In this document: piece after piece, positions 1-9,758 of the stretch
How the letters are laid out: each line of letters begins with the position of its first letter
How positions within the stretch are numbered: position 1 is the first letter of the stretch
Assembly (NCBI GenBank): GCA_964623735.1
Contig: CAZUVE010000001.1
Location: forward strand, 1 to 54,274
Direction: 5' to 3'
Length of the DNA stretch: 54,274 nt
DNA from: an uncultured Halobacteriales archaeon
GTDB taxonomy: Archaea > Halobacteriota > Halobacteria > Halobacteriales > Haloarculaceae
Notes under the pieces: generated by a model
Told to the model about the DNA's origin: nothing
Seen by the model: only the letters and a program-made list of their open reading frames with translations
Databases searched by the model: none
Position numbers and translations under genes: made by a program

Positions 1-80
1 CCCGGGACTACTCTGCTGGAAGTGCCACGTGAACGGCGGATCCCGCGAGGGACTCGGGTAGGCCACCGTAGCGCCGGCGT

Positions 81-464
81 TCACCGCTGTAGCGACCGCG
101 TCAGGCTGAAGACGAAGACAGCGAGCATGAACACGCCGAGCAACGCCTCAATCTCCGAGAGCAACTGTACGACCGTGGCGGCTTCCTGTGTTCCCACGTC
201 CCCGCCCGCTCCCGATGTGAGCGGTGACGTCGGCAGGAGTGTGGCAAACGACCCGACGCTGAACACGAGTAGCTCCACCGCACCCGCACCGGACAGCACG
301 TCCAGGGACTGCTGTGCGAGCCAGTAGAAGCCGGTCCAGGCAGCGACGGTGCCGACCGACCAGCCGATGACCCGCTGTGGGCGTTCGCCGTAGCCAGTGA
401 GCCAGCGGAGGCCGACGTTCTCGAGCACTGCCCGCACTCGGCGGTCGAGTTTGTGCAGCTGCAA
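81..464 (-). CDS. membrane protein with ion-channel-like C-terminal helix pair (start uncertain)
   Basis: Only the 3' ~120 codons of ORF 81..878 look protein-like (GWSVGTVAAWTGFYW, LLGVFMLAVFVFSL). The upstream part overlaps opposite-strand gene 637..1284. Candidate starts are TTG at 464 or GTG at 437. Confidence 0.4.
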   Translation of the reverse strand: MQLHKLDRRVRAVLENVGLRWLTGYGERPQRVIGWSVGTVAAWTGFYWLAQQSLDVLSGAGAVELLVFSVGSFATLLPTSPLTSGAGGDVGTQEAATVVQLLSEIEALLGVFMLAVFVFSLTRSLQR

Positions 465-636
465 ACCGTAGTGCCGTTCGGAGAAGTGAAACCGGACGAG
501 ATTCGGCGCCGCGAGGGGGCTATCAAATCCGAGGGGTTTTGATGCGGCAGTGCCTACTGAAAAACGATGAAACGCGTCTGTCGGTGCTGGACGAGGGAAA
601 CAGCCAGAGACGGACTGCCGCCCGAGCGGAGCAGCC

Positions 637-1284
637 GTGTCAAGTGAATTCGTCGGGGTTGTTGACCGCGCCCACCGATCAGGTGTCGCTCTGTCGCGGT
701 ACTTCCGGCGGCTGTTGACTCCGCCGCTCCCGGGCGACGGACTGCTGTTGTTCGGCTTCCTCGAAGGGGTGCTCGGCTGGGGGCTGTCCTGGCTGTTCGG
801 CCAGAACCCCGGTCTGGCCCCGGTCGGGCTGATCCAGTCGATTGTCGTCCTGTGGGTCGTCCTGACCGGCGGGATCATCTTCGTCGGCGTGACCTACACC
901 GCACCGACCGTCCGCCGGAACCGGGTCTGGCTGGTATGGGGCGGGCTCAACGTGGCTGCGACCGCGGTCAACGTCGCTGCCCTCGCCGGAGCTCTCCCGT
1001 CGGGACTGCTCACGTACGCCTACTGGCACCCGTGGCTGGCGGTGATGGGGATCGGATACCTCGTGACGGGGCTGTACAACTGGGAGAGCCCACAGATCCG
1101 CTCCCAGGAGCGCGGCGTCTACGCCGCCACCGGACTAGTGACACTCGGCCTGCTGGCAGCGAGTCTCGGACCGCTGACGGGGTTCGTGACTGCCAACATC
1201 TTCCTGCTCGGCGGGGTGCTCCAGCTCGTCCCGATCGGTCACGACGTGCTCGCTGACGCAGTGCTCATCGCCCGCCAACAGTAG
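637..1284 (+). CDS. polytopic membrane protein, unknown function
   Basis: 215-aa ORF with 6-7 hydrophobic helices and GC3-rich codons. GTG start as listed in the ORF track. Confidence 0.6.
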   Translation: MSSEFVGVVDRAHRSGVALSRYFRRLLTPPLPGDGLLLFGFLEGVLGWGLSWLFGQNPGLAPVGLIQSIVVLWVVLTGGIIFVGVTYTAPTVRRNRVWLVWGGLNVAATAVNVAALAGALPSGLLTYAYWHPWLAVMGIGYLVTGLYNWESPQIRSQERGVYAATGLVTLGLLAASLGPLTGFVTANIFLLGGVLQLVPIGHDVLADAVLIARQQ

Positions 1285-1348
1285 CCCCCGGAGTGATCGA
1301 AGTGAGACACATCCCGACCGACCCACGAACCGACCCACGGACTGACTG

Positions 1349-1771
1349 ATGTACGACACCATCCTACTTCCGACAGACGGTAGCGAGGCGACGACCGACG
1401 CCGCGTCCCACGCATTCAGCCACGCCGAGCAGTACGACGCCACGGTACACGTGCTGTCGATTGTCGAACTCTCCAGCGGTCTCGGAACCGCCGGCCGTGA
1501 CGAGGAGAAACTCGACCGGCGGCGGCGCGAGCGGATGGCAGCGGCCGAGCGACTCGTCGAGGAACACGCCCCCGGGGGCGTCGACGCGATTATCGCCGTC
1601 GAGTTCGGCAGTCCCGCCAGGGTCATCTCGGAGTACGTAACGGAAATCGGGGCCGACCTCGCGGTCATGAGTACCCGCGCCCGGGGCGGGGCCGAGCGGT
1701 TCATCTTCGGTAGCATCACTGAACAGGTCATCCAGGCCGGTGACACGCCCGTTCTGGCGGTCCAGCGCTGA
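1349..1771 (+). CDS. universal stress protein (UspA family)
   Basis: MYDTILLPTDGSE N-terminus and a C-terminal GSITEQVIQ...PVLAV motif. The 140-aa length is typical. Confidence 0.9.
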   Translation: MYDTILLPTDGSEATTDAASHAFSHAEQYDATVHVLSIVELSSGLGTAGRDEEKLDRRRRERMAAAERLVEEHAPGGVDAIIAVEFGSPARVISEYVTEIGADLAVMSTRARGGAERFIFGSITEQVIQAGDTPVLAVQR

Positions 1772-1887
1772 CCGTTCGCGACCTGCTTGCGGGTCTGGAA
1801 CGGGATGAACTCAGTACGGTCCGACAGAACACGGGGATGTGCTGTCGTCCGACAGTGGTCCGGGCCTTGGATACAACCACAGGGACA

Positions 1888-1963
1888 GTGATTGCTGTAA
1901 GTCAGTGCCGGATCGACCGCACGACGGCGTACGGTCGGACCGGGAAACAGTCACAACAATCAC
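1888..1963 (+). repeat. family-B palindromic MITE-like repeat
   Basis: GTGATTGCTGTAAGTCAGTGCCGGATCGACCGCACGACGGCGTACGGTCGGACCGGGAAACAGTCACAACAATCAC. Termini are inverted, and the same unit recurs about a dozen times in the window. Confidence 0.8.
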
Positions 1964-2181
1964 GATATTTCTACTGTCGAACACCGCGATCTAGCGGCAA
2001 TCCTGAGATTGCTAGAACCAACACCTACTATAGTCGGGCACGACAACATAGGTAATGAAAAGGCAGGATCTACTTCGACTCTCTCTCTACAGGCGGGACA
2101 GGCCGAGTGCCTCGGGGCTTGTCCCCGAGGTACTTCACGTGTTTCGACCGGCCACTACTGGACTCGCTGAGTTCCTATCGG

Positions 2182-3246
2182 ATGACAAGAGGACATGCTC
2201 GAATGTGTAGCAAAAAAGAAGCAGAGGACCGAGAGACAGTGCCCCTTGAGGCGATTCCCGCGCCAGTCATTCACTACACTGTTCGTAACGGGACACCAGT
2301 TGTAAAAAACACTAACCAGGCGTTTGCGTCGGCGTTCCGGGGGTGTGAGTCGGGCACACCGGTTCGCCAGTGTTTGGCCACGTTCGACGTGTCCGGCGAC
2401 AGCACCGTCGACGAACTGTGTGCGACACTCGCTGCCGGCGAGCAGGTCGACGCAGAGCACCCCCGCTGCGACGACGAGACCGGCGCGGAACGGCAGGCGT
2501 ACCAGATTCGATCGCGTTCCTACGCGGCGACACACGGTCACGACGGCTGTCTCGTGGTGACGCCAGTCGAGTCGGATTCCGTCGACTCGGTCGACGTAGA
2601 CCAGATCGCGAGTGTCATTAGCCACGAACTCCGCAACCCGCTTGACGTTGCCAAGGCACACCTGCAAGCTGCCCGCGAACGGGGTGACGAGGAACACTTC
2701 GAACAGCTCGCAGACGCACACGACCGGATGGAACGGATCATTCAGGACGTCCTCACGCTGGCACGCAAGGAGAACGCCATCGCTCCGTCCCCGGGAGTCG
2801 AGCTCGGCTCAGTGGCCTCGGGTGCCTGGGACAGCGTCGAAACCGAGAGCGCGTCGCTGGTCGTGGACGACGACCTCCCCACGATCGAGGCCGACTCGAA
2901 CCGGTTGCAGCGGCTGTTCGAGAACCTGTTCCGGAACAGCGTCGAACACGCCCGGCCGGGCGGTGACGCGGACACGGGTGGTTCGGACGCCGACACACGA
3001 GTGACGGTCCGAGTCGGCACCACGGACGACAGCGGTTTCTTCGTGTCTGACAACGGCACTGGCATCCCTCCCGGGGAACGCGGCCGGGTCTTCGAGCCGG
3101 GGTACACGTCTGCCGAGACCGGCCTCGGACTCGGTCTCGCGATTGTCGAGCAGATTGCAGAGGCTCACGGATGGACCGCCTCCGTCACGTCCGGATCGGG
3201 CGGCGGTGCACGGTTCGAGTTTCGGGGACTCGACACTGCCGGGTAG
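2182..3246 (+). CDS. sensor histidine kinase (HisKA + HATPase_c)
   Basis: H-box SHELRNPL, N-box FRNSVEHA and G-boxes DNGTGIP / GLGLGLAIV. Start chosen at ATG 2182 inside ORF 2107..3246. Confidence 0.85.
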   Translation: MTRGHARMCSKKEAEDRETVPLEAIPAPVIHYTVRNGTPVVKNTNQAFASAFRGCESGTPVRQCLATFDVSGDSTVDELCATLAAGEQVDAEHPRCDDETGAERQAYQIRSRSYAATHGHDGCLVVTPVESDSVDSVDVDQIASVISHELRNPLDVAKAHLQAARERGDEEHFEQLADAHDRMERIIQDVLTLARKENAIAPSPGVELGSVASGAWDSVETESASLVVDDDLPTIEADSNRLQRLFENLFRNSVEHARPGGDADTGGSDADTRVTVRVGTTDDSGFFVSDNGTGIPPGERGRVFEPGYTSAETGLGLGLAIVEQIAEAHGWTASVTSGSGGGARFEFRGLDTAG

Positions 3247-3306
3247 CACAATTATAATGCGTCGGCCGTGGCTTTGTCTAGCCGGATCAGACAGTAGTGT
3301 TCCCGT

Positions 3307-4887
3307 ATGAACGATCACTTGCGACACGCTCCGATAGGAGTCATCGAAGTAACGCCGGCCGGGACCATCTCGGCGGCGAACCAGACCGCCGCCGAGACAC
3401 TCGACACACAGCGGGAGACACTCCGGGAGGTATCGATCGACGACGGATTTCCGGATTCGACTGCCGGAACCCTGTGTGACGCGTTTCGTGATGGTACGCC
3501 CGAGGAGCGATCGTTCGAGGAGTACTACCCGAGAATCGACCGCTGGCTCGGGGTCGACATCGTTCCGGGCGACGAGCAGGTGTTCGTGTACGTCCGTGAC
3601 AGAAGCTCGCGTCGCGAACAGCGACAGCGAATCGACCGGCTCGAACACCGTCTCGACCGGCTGGAGACGATCGACACGACGATGGCGACCGTCCTCCAGC
3701 AGGTGATCGACGCGTCGGCGCCCGAGGAGGTGTTACAGACGGTCTGCAACCGACTGGGACAGACAGATCTCTACGAATTCACCTGGGTCGGAGAGCGGGA
3801 TCTCACCGACGACACTCTGCAGGTCGTCGCTTCGGCGGGTGACGCACCAGAGATGCTCGAACGGATAGGCGAGTCGCTGACAGACGCTCGGCCACTCCCG
3901 GAACGGGAGGCCGTGACGGCCGGGGAGACACAGGTCGTCCAGCGCCTCGCCGAGGACGATTCGGTTCCCCGTCCCGTCCGCCTCGCCGGCTTCGGCCGCG
4001 GACTCCAGTCGTGCATCGCCATCCCGCTGGCCTACCGGAAGACCGTGTACGGCGTCCTCTGTGTGTACGCAGCCCGCGAGCACGGCTTCGAGGACCAGGA
4101 GCGCGCGAGTCTCGAGACGCTGGGCGCCATCGCCGGGTTCGCGATCAACGCTATCCGGCAGGAAGATCTGCTGTTCGCCGATACGGTGACGGAACTGACC
4201 GTCGAGATCCGGGATTCGACGGTGCCGTTCGTCGACGCAGCAGGAAGCGGTGGCTGCCAGTTGTTCCTGACTGGGGCGGTCCCACGGGACGACGATACCC
4301 TGGTTTGTTACGTACAGCCGGCAGACAGCGTCGGCGCGGTCACGCGCGCTCTCAGTGAGCACGACGCCGTTCTCGACGTGCGAACGGTTGGAGAGGACGC
4401 TGACGACGACACGGACACGGACTCACTGCTGGAAGTGACAGTGACCAGCGAGACGCCCGTCGCCACGTTCGCGGCGTGGGGCACGACGATTCTCACCGCG
4501 GAGTATCGTGACGGCGTGGCCCGGATCTCCGCACAGGTTTCCTCGGAGACTGACCTCCGACAGCTGGTGAGTGCTGTCGATACCGACGTGGCAGACACCG
4601 AGGTCGTGGCGAAACGGGAGACCGAACGCGAACCCGAGACGGTGGGTGCGTTCCAGGACACACTCGCGGACGAACTCACCGACAAACAGCGACGCGTCCT
4701 CAGGACGGCGTACCTCTCGGATTACTTTGCGTCGCCGCGGGGCAGTACGTCCGAGGAAGTGGCGGACGCTCTCGACGTGACCGGCCCGACCATCCTCTAT
4801 CACCTGCGGCGCGGACAGCGGAAACTGCTGGAGGCGTTTTTCGAGGCGAGTCAGGGGACGACCACGGTCGCTAGACAGCGGGACTGA
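3307..4887 (+). CDS. Bat-like transcription regulator (PAS/GAF + C-terminal HTH_10)
   Basis: Central GAF-like region. C-terminal LTDKQRRVLRTAYLSDYFASPR...TILYHLRRGQRKLL is the haloarchaeal HTH_10 signature. Confidence 0.85.
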   Translation: MNDHLRHAPIGVIEVTPAGTISAANQTAAETLDTQRETLREVSIDDGFPDSTAGTLCDAFRDGTPEERSFEEYYPRIDRWLGVDIVPGDEQVFVYVRDRSSRREQRQRIDRLEHRLDRLETIDTTMATVLQQVIDASAPEEVLQTVCNRLGQTDLYEFTWVGERDLTDDTLQVVASAGDAPEMLERIGESLTDARPLPEREAVTAGETQVVQRLAEDDSVPRPVRLAGFGRGLQSCIAIPLAYRKTVYGVLCVYAAREHGFEDQERASLETLGAIAGFAINAIRQEDLLFADTVTELTVEIRDSTVPFVDAAGSGGCQLFLTGAVPRDDDTLVCYVQPADSVGAVTRALSEHDAVLDVRTVGEDADDDTDTDSLLEVTVTSETPVATFAAWGTTILTAEYRDGVARISAQVSSETDLRQLVSAVDTDVADTEVVAKRETEREPETVGAFQDTLADELTDKQRRVLRTAYLSDYFASPRGSTSEEVADALDVTGPTILYHLRRGQRKLLEAFFEASQGTTTVARQRD

Positions 4888-4995
4888 TCGGCTGCTCGGG
4901 CGCGGTCGGCGGTGTCACGCTATCACCCGTCCCCTCGAGAGGAGACGCGACGCCCCGGAGTATCGAGATTCCCAACGGAGTTACAACCGACTCTA

Positions 4996-5580
4996 TCAGT
5001 ATCCCTCGCGGTCGATGCCGGAGAACGACGTCAGCAGGTCGTCCGCCTCGGGCAGGAGAGCACGGACGCGATCCGCAGTTGTCGCGGTCTGCTCCTCGAG
5101 ACCGGCGAACTCCTCGTGGTCCTGTAACTGCTCGTCCGGCACCTCTGCTTCGATCACGGCCCGCTTGGATTCGAGTCGGAAGTACTCGCCGAGCAGTTCG
5201 TACGCGAGGACCTGGCACTGTTGATCGACGGCAGTCCGCAGATCCTCGCGTTCGACTGGCTTGGACAGATAGTCGTCGAAGGGTAAATCGAGAATACCGA
5301 GGTTGGGATCGATCGCGGTGACCATGATGATCTGCGTTCGGAGATCCATCTCGCGTATGTCTGCGAGAATCTCGTCCCCGGATTTTCCGGGCATGTGTCG
5401 ATCAAGTAGCACCACATCCGGAGTCAGGCCCTCCTCCAGTGTGGCCAGTGCTGCCCCTCCGCTGTACTCGACAGTGACCTCGGCAACGCCCTCGAGACGG
5501 AGGGCGTACGCGTCGGCTACCTCCTTCTCGTCGTCGACCATCAGTACCACTGGGTTGTCCACACGCATGTTGTCCGCCAT
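4996..5580 (-). CDS. response regulator, receiver + HalX domain
   Basis: VLMVDDE ... LLDRHMPGKSG ... VTA receiver motifs, followed by a helical HalX-like C-terminus. ATG at 5580 is preferred over the ORF-track start at 5607. Confidence 0.9.
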   Translation of the reverse strand: MADNMRVDNPVVLMVDDEKEVADAYALRLEGVAEVTVEYSGGAALATLEEGLTPDVVLLDRHMPGKSGDEILADIREMDLRTQIIMVTAIDPNLGILDLPFDDYLSKPVEREDLRTAVDQQCQVLAYELLGEYFRLESKRAVIEAEVPDEQLQDHEEFAGLEEQTATTADRVRALLPEADDLLTSFSGIDREGY

Positions 5581-5729
5581 AACGGCGTCCCGTCTCTTAC
5601 CTATCACTGTTCTGTACTTAGTAGTGGCTACTCCGGCTGTCTGTATAACTAGAGCCGGCGTTGCGAGTGTGTCACGATTGATAGCGTCGTGTTACAGGGG
5701 ATAGGAGTTACAACGTATGACTGTCAACG

Positions 5730-6104
5730 ATGTCCAAGTCAGCATTCGGGAACGGTGGGAAACCGGGAGCCGCCCCGTCGAGCAGTCATCCAGCCCTCTC
5801 CGACGAGAGTCAACCCTCGATCAATCCTGAAGAGTTGTTGTCGCTGTTGAGCGACGAGTACGGCCGGGAGGTACTGAAACTCATCAGCGAGACGGCGTTA
5901 CCGGCCAGGGAGATCGCCGACCAGATCGACGCGTCCCGGGCGACGGTGTACCGCCGCCTCGACCGGCTCGAAGAGGCCGGAGTGGTCGAAACCTCGATGA
6001 CAGTCCACTCGGAAGGCCACCACAGACAGCGCTTCCACGCGTCACTCGACGAGGTGTCGCTTTCCTTCGAAGAGGAGGGCATCAGGGTCGAGCACGCGGC
6101 GTGA
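5730..6104 (+). CDS. winged-helix (ArsR/TrmB-like) transcription regulator
   Basis: LPAREIADQIDASRATVYRRLDRLEEAGVVE helix-turn-helix segment. Divergent from the response regulator. Confidence 0.8.
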   Translation: MSKSAFGNGGKPGAAPSSSHPALSDESQPSINPEELLSLLSDEYGREVLKLISETALPAREIADQIDASRATVYRRLDRLEEAGVVETSMTVHSEGHHRQRFHASLDEVSLSFEEEGIRVEHAA

Positions 6105-6161
6105 CCGGGGGACAGGACGAGTCGACGTCACGTCGCGGCGAACCGTCCCCGCCCCACGAAG

Positions 6162-6329
6162 TCACAGGTCGTGTGTCATGACCGTCGAGCGGTCGTTGGC
6201 CTCGGCACGCCGGGCCGCCTCTTCGACGAGTTCCTCGACCTCTTCGTCGAGCGCCTCGAAAAAGTCGGCAGATACCTGGTAGTCGTCGAGCGCTTCTCTG
6301 ACGCCGGTTTTGACGACGAGATCGGTCAT
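6162..6329 (-). CDS. small acidic protein, DUF1931-like (55 aa; below ORF-track cutoff)
   Basis: Hand translation gives MTDLVVKTGVREALDDYQVSADFFEALDEEVEELVEEAARRAEANDRSTVMTHDL*. ATG at 6329, TGA at 6162-6164, GC3-rich codons. Confidence 0.55.
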   Translation of the reverse strand: MTDLVVKTGVREALDDYQVSADFFEALDEEVEELVEEAARRAEANDRSTVMTHDL

Positions 6330-6393
6330 CCATCCCGTAGTGTTCGGGTGAGTGTAAAGAGGCTGTCGGATTACGTACCTGCCGACCGAGACA

Positions 6394-6464
6394 GATTGCT
6401 GTCACCGGGTTCCCGGTCCGATCGTACTGTCGCGCGGTCAGGCCGGCGATGACGTACAGCGATC
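6394..6464 (-). repeat. family-B repeat (diverged copy)
   Basis: GATTGCTGTCACCGGGTTCCCGGTCCGATCGTACTGTCGCGCGGTCAGGCCGGCGATGACGTACAGCGATC aligns to the B unit. Confidence 0.6.
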
Positions 6465-6512
6465 CGTGTGAGACTGTCGGCTGCACTCCAGCGAGAGTCG
6501 ACAGCGTGGCGG

Positions 6513-6965
6513 TCACGGCTGATCGTATCCCGAGTACTGGATTTCGGTGTAGCGGACCACGAAGTACGCGACCACGAGTCCGACGAGAAGAATGCCCAGT
6601 CCGCCGGCAGCGGTCAGGGCCTCGGTTGCCGTATCGAAGTCCCTGATGCGGAACGTGATTATCTCACGGGCAATCGCGATAATCGCAGCACCGACCACGA
6701 TCCGTACGACCGGTTCGTCACGGGCGTACGCAATCAGCGTCCGGTGGACCTCGACAATGATCAGTAACAGAAGCACAGTGTTGAGGAGTCCGACCACGGC
6801 AACCGGATCGGTGAAGCTCCCACTCGTCAGGAGGTCAAACAGGCTGAGCACCAGATCGAACACGCCAATGAGAAACAGTATGAGTGTAAAGTATGCGGCA
6901 CCGAGCACGAGCCATCGCATCACGAGCACCGAGGGCTCTGTGAACCGCGACAGATCGGTATTCAT
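6513..6965 (-). CDS. PsiE-like (phosphate-starvation-inducible E family) membrane protein
   Basis: 150 aa with four helices. The LLLLIIVEVHRTL...ARE motif arrangement is typical of PsiE-family proteins. Confidence 0.65.
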   Translation of the reverse strand: MNTDLSRFTEPSVLVMRWLVLGAAYFTLILFLIGVFDLVLSLFDLLTSGSFTDPVAVVGLLNTVLLLLIIVEVHRTLIAYARDEPVVRIVVGAAIIAIAREIITFRIRDFDTATEALTAAGGLGILLVGLVVAYFVVRYTEIQYSGYDQP

Positions 6966-7086
6966 CGGTATATTGGCATCACTACCGCTGGGAGTATATA
7001 TCTATCAATCCTGCCCGCCCGAGCGGGTGCGTCTCGTCGCCTCTCGCGTTCCCGAGAGCGGGACACTTCACGCTGTGGCTGGTGTG

Positions 7087-7244
7087 ATACTGTCGGCTAT
7101 ATAGTGATTGCTGTAACTGTGTACCGGTCTGACCGTACGCTGTCGTGCGGTCGATCCGGTAATGACTTACATCAATCACTATACCGACGTGAAGAGAGCC
7201 GCCACGGGGTGCGACAGTGCGCACGCGCGGAGAGCCGACAGTAT
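7087..7244 (+). repeat. family-A MITE-like repeat with a family-B copy (about 7103..7181) nested inside
   Basis: ATACTGTCGGCTATA | B unit | TACCGACGTGAAGAGAGCCGCCACGGGGTGCGACAGTGCGCACGCGCGGAGAGCCGACAGTAT. Confidence 0.8.
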
Positions 7245-7289
7245 CAGAATACTGTGGTTTAGGGCTCTCGAGCACGTACAAGTAATTCA

Positions 7290-9593
7290 ATGTCTGACGA
7301 AGAGCTGGAGCGGAGTCTGGGGCTTCCCGCGACCATCGCCATCTCCATGGGATCGATGATCGGGAGCGGGATCTTCATTCTCCCCGGCGTGGCGTATCTG
7401 GAGGCAGGAGAGAGCGCCAGCGTGGTGTTGGCCTTCCTGCTGGGTGGCGTCTTGACGGTACCGGCGGCGTTGAGCGCGGCAGAACTTGCAACGGCGATTC
7501 CGGAGTCCGGGGGCAGTTACACCTACATCCAACGCGGGATGGGACCGGTCATCGGGACCGTCGCCGGCGTCGGGAACTGGATGGTTCTGAACTTCAAGAC
7601 GGCGCTGGCCCTGATCGGTGGACTGCCCTATCTCGTCTTCCTCGTTCCACGGATTGCAGACTTCGGTCTGTCGGTCGGCCCGGTGGAGTTGTCGGCTGTT
7701 GTCGTGTTGTCGGTCGTCTTGACGATAGGGTTCACCGCAGTAAACGTAGCGAGCTCGGACGGCGCGGGACAGGCCCAGAACGTAATCGTGGTGGTGATGA
7801 TGGCGGTTCTGGGGCTGGTAATCCTGGTCAGCCTCCCGGATGTCGCCCGGTCGGATCCCAGCGGCGTCGTCGACATTCAGACCGATGGCTTCTTTGCGGC
7901 GACGTCGCTGGTATTCGTCGCGTACGCTGGCGTCATCAAGGTGACCAGCGTCGCCGAGGAGATCGAACGCCCCGACCGCAACATCCCCCTCGGGATCATC
8001 ATCTCTCTCGCCGTCACGACTCTCGTATACGTCGCCATCACCTACATTGCCGTCGTCACAGTCGACATCAGCGGACTGGTCGAGAGTGCCGTCCCGGTGA
8101 GTCAGGGCGGACTGGAGTCCGACGGCGAGGGGGCGATCATCGCTATTGCCGCCGAGAACATCGTCGGCACTTGGGGAGCAGTCCTGATCGTAGCCGCCGC
8201 GCTCCTCGCGCTGGCCTCGACGGCGAACTCGGGAATTCTCTCCGCGTCCCGGTACCCGTTCGCGATGGCCAAGGACGGCCTCGCGAACCGCGAGTTCGGC
8301 CAGCTCAACGCACAGACCGGCACACCCGTCGTCTCGATTCTCGCCACCGGCGGTGCGGTGATATTCATGGTGGTGTTCCTCCCGATCGACAGCGTCGCCC
8401 GCTTTGGTGCTGCCTTCCAGATAGTCGTCTTCATACTCGTCAGCGGCGCCGTCATCGGCTTCCGGGAGGCCGATCCAACCGAGTACTCCCCGTCGTATCT
8501 CGCCCCCGCGTACCCATACCTCCAGTTGTTCGGTGTCGTCAGCGGCGTCGCCCTCCTCACACAGCTGAGTGCCCTCGCGTTCGTCGGCGCTGTCACCATC
8601 ACCATCCTCTCGGTCGTCTACTACTACGCCTACGCCCGGTTGCAACCCGCGACCGAGGGCGTGGTCAAGACCGAACTCCGGGAGGAACTCGTCGACGCCG
8701 CGGCGAACCAGACACGGTCTCTCCTCAACCGTGAAGGCGAGTACCGCATCCTGATCGCGCTCTGGAACCCGGGCGGCGGCGACGACCGCAGCAGCGGGCA
8801 GGACAATCTCATCGACATCGTCTCCACACTCGACAGTCACAGCCTCGACCTCAGTATCGACGTGGTCGAGTTCGAGCAGTCCCGCAAGACGACGTTCGAC
8901 GAGGAACACCCCGATATCAACGCCGACGATCCGCCGTGGGTCCAGACCTACGACGATGTCTCGTACCGCCACGTCAGCGCCCGCAACGTGCGGGAGTCCA
9001 TCGTCGAATACGCGACGTACAACGGTATCGACATGATTGCCCACGGGTTCGCTTCCGACACCGGACGGATCGGTTTCGTCGCAGACGACCTGGAGTGGGC
9101 CCTGGAGAACGCCCACTGTGACAGCGTCGTCCTCACCGGCAGTTCTCCCGACACCGTAGAGAAGGTCACTCTCCTGTCGAGCGGCCCGACGTACGTCCCG
9201 ACGAAGTTGCTCCTCGGCGACGCTATCGCGGCCGCTCACACGGCCCATCTCGAAATCGTGCACCTCGTCAAGGAGGACGCTTCCGAGGAACACCGTCACG
9301 CAGAGTCGTATCTCGACGCCGTCCTTGATGAGTTGATTGCTCCCACCACGACGCGGATTGTCGAGACTGCCGACCCGGCGACAGAGGCCACCCGCCTCAG
9401 CCGGGACGCCGACATCGTGCTGACGGAGTTGGATCTCAGTACCGTCTGGCGGCGAGTCCGACCCGTTCCCACGGTCACTGCCGGACTCGACAGCGCCGTT
9501 CCTGGCGTGTTCGTCTACTCCGACAACCTCCTCAACTACCAGACGATTTACAAGCGGGTCCTGATGCGGTACGTGTTCCGCGGCCTCCGGTGA
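7290..9593 (+). CDS. APC-family amino-acid permease fused to C-terminal tandem Usp domains
   Basis: The N-terminal ~470 aa has 12 helices with GSGIFILPG and GGSYTY motifs. The C-terminal ~280 aa is Usp-like (YRILIALWNPG, VEKVTLLSSGP). Confidence 0.9.
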   Translation: MSDEELERSLGLPATIAISMGSMIGSGIFILPGVAYLEAGESASVVLAFLLGGVLTVPAALSAAELATAIPESGGSYTYIQRGMGPVIGTVAGVGNWMVLNFKTALALIGGLPYLVFLVPRIADFGLSVGPVELSAVVVLSVVLTIGFTAVNVASSDGAGQAQNVIVVVMMAVLGLVILVSLPDVARSDPSGVVDIQTDGFFAATSLVFVAYAGVIKVTSVAEEIERPDRNIPLGIIISLAVTTLVYVAITYIAVVTVDISGLVESAVPVSQGGLESDGEGAIIAIAAENIVGTWGAVLIVAAALLALASTANSGILSASRYPFAMAKDGLANREFGQLNAQTGTPVVSILATGGAVIFMVVFLPIDSVARFGAAFQIVVFILVSGAVIGFREADPTEYSPSYLAPAYPYLQLFGVVSGVALLTQLSALAFVGAVTITILSVVYYYAYARLQPATEGVVKTELREELVDAAANQTRSLLNREGEYRILIALWNPGGGDDRSSGQDNLIDIVSTLDSHSLDLSIDVVEFEQSRKTTFDEEHPDINADDPPWVQTYDDVSYRHVSARNVRESIVEYATYNGIDMIAHGFASDTGRIGFVADDLEWALENAHCDSVVLTGSSPDTVEKVTLLSSGPTYVPTKLLLGDAIAAAHTAHLEIVHLVKEDASEEHRHAESYLDAVLDELIAPTTTRIVETADPATEATRLSRDADIVLTELDLSTVWRRVRPVPTVTAGLDSAVPGVFVYSDNLLNYQTIYKRVLMRYVFRGLR

Positions 9594-9595
9594 TA

Positions 9596-9655
9596 CAGGA
9601 TCGACCGCAAGAAGGCATTCGGTCGACCTGATAAACGCTTTCGAACATCCCTATA
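9596..9655 (+). repeat. truncated family-C repeat (right two-thirds only), abutting the permease stop codon
   Basis: ACAGGATCGACCGCAAGAAGGCATTCGGTCGACCTGATAAACGCTTTCGAACATCCCTATA. The left terminal inverted repeat is missing. Confidence 0.7.
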
Positions 9656-9731
9656 CTGTCGGCTATACCGACGTGGAGATAGCCGCCACCTCGGGGTGCG
9701 ACAGTGCGCACACGCGGAGAGCCGACAGTAT
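9654..9731 (+). repeat. family-A repeat
   Basis: ATACTGTCGGCTATACCGACGTGGAGATAGCCGCCACCTCGGGGTGCGACAGTGCGCACACGCGGAGAGCCGACAGTAT. Confidence 0.8.
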
Positions 9732-9758
9732 ATATGAACGACCGCCGCATCCCCCGAC

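Noticed and set aside
7287-9299. 670-aa ORF antisense to the APC permease. Similar long antisense ORFs occur at 13477..14874, 24047..25387, 36146..37552, 37945..39456, 41909..43144, 44437..45792 and 47803..49302.
   Set aside because: All are mirror-frame ORFs opposite confidently identified genes. Their composition is dominated by Arg/Gly/Asp/Val/Pro, as expected from antisense GC3-rich codons, and they contain no recognisable motifs.
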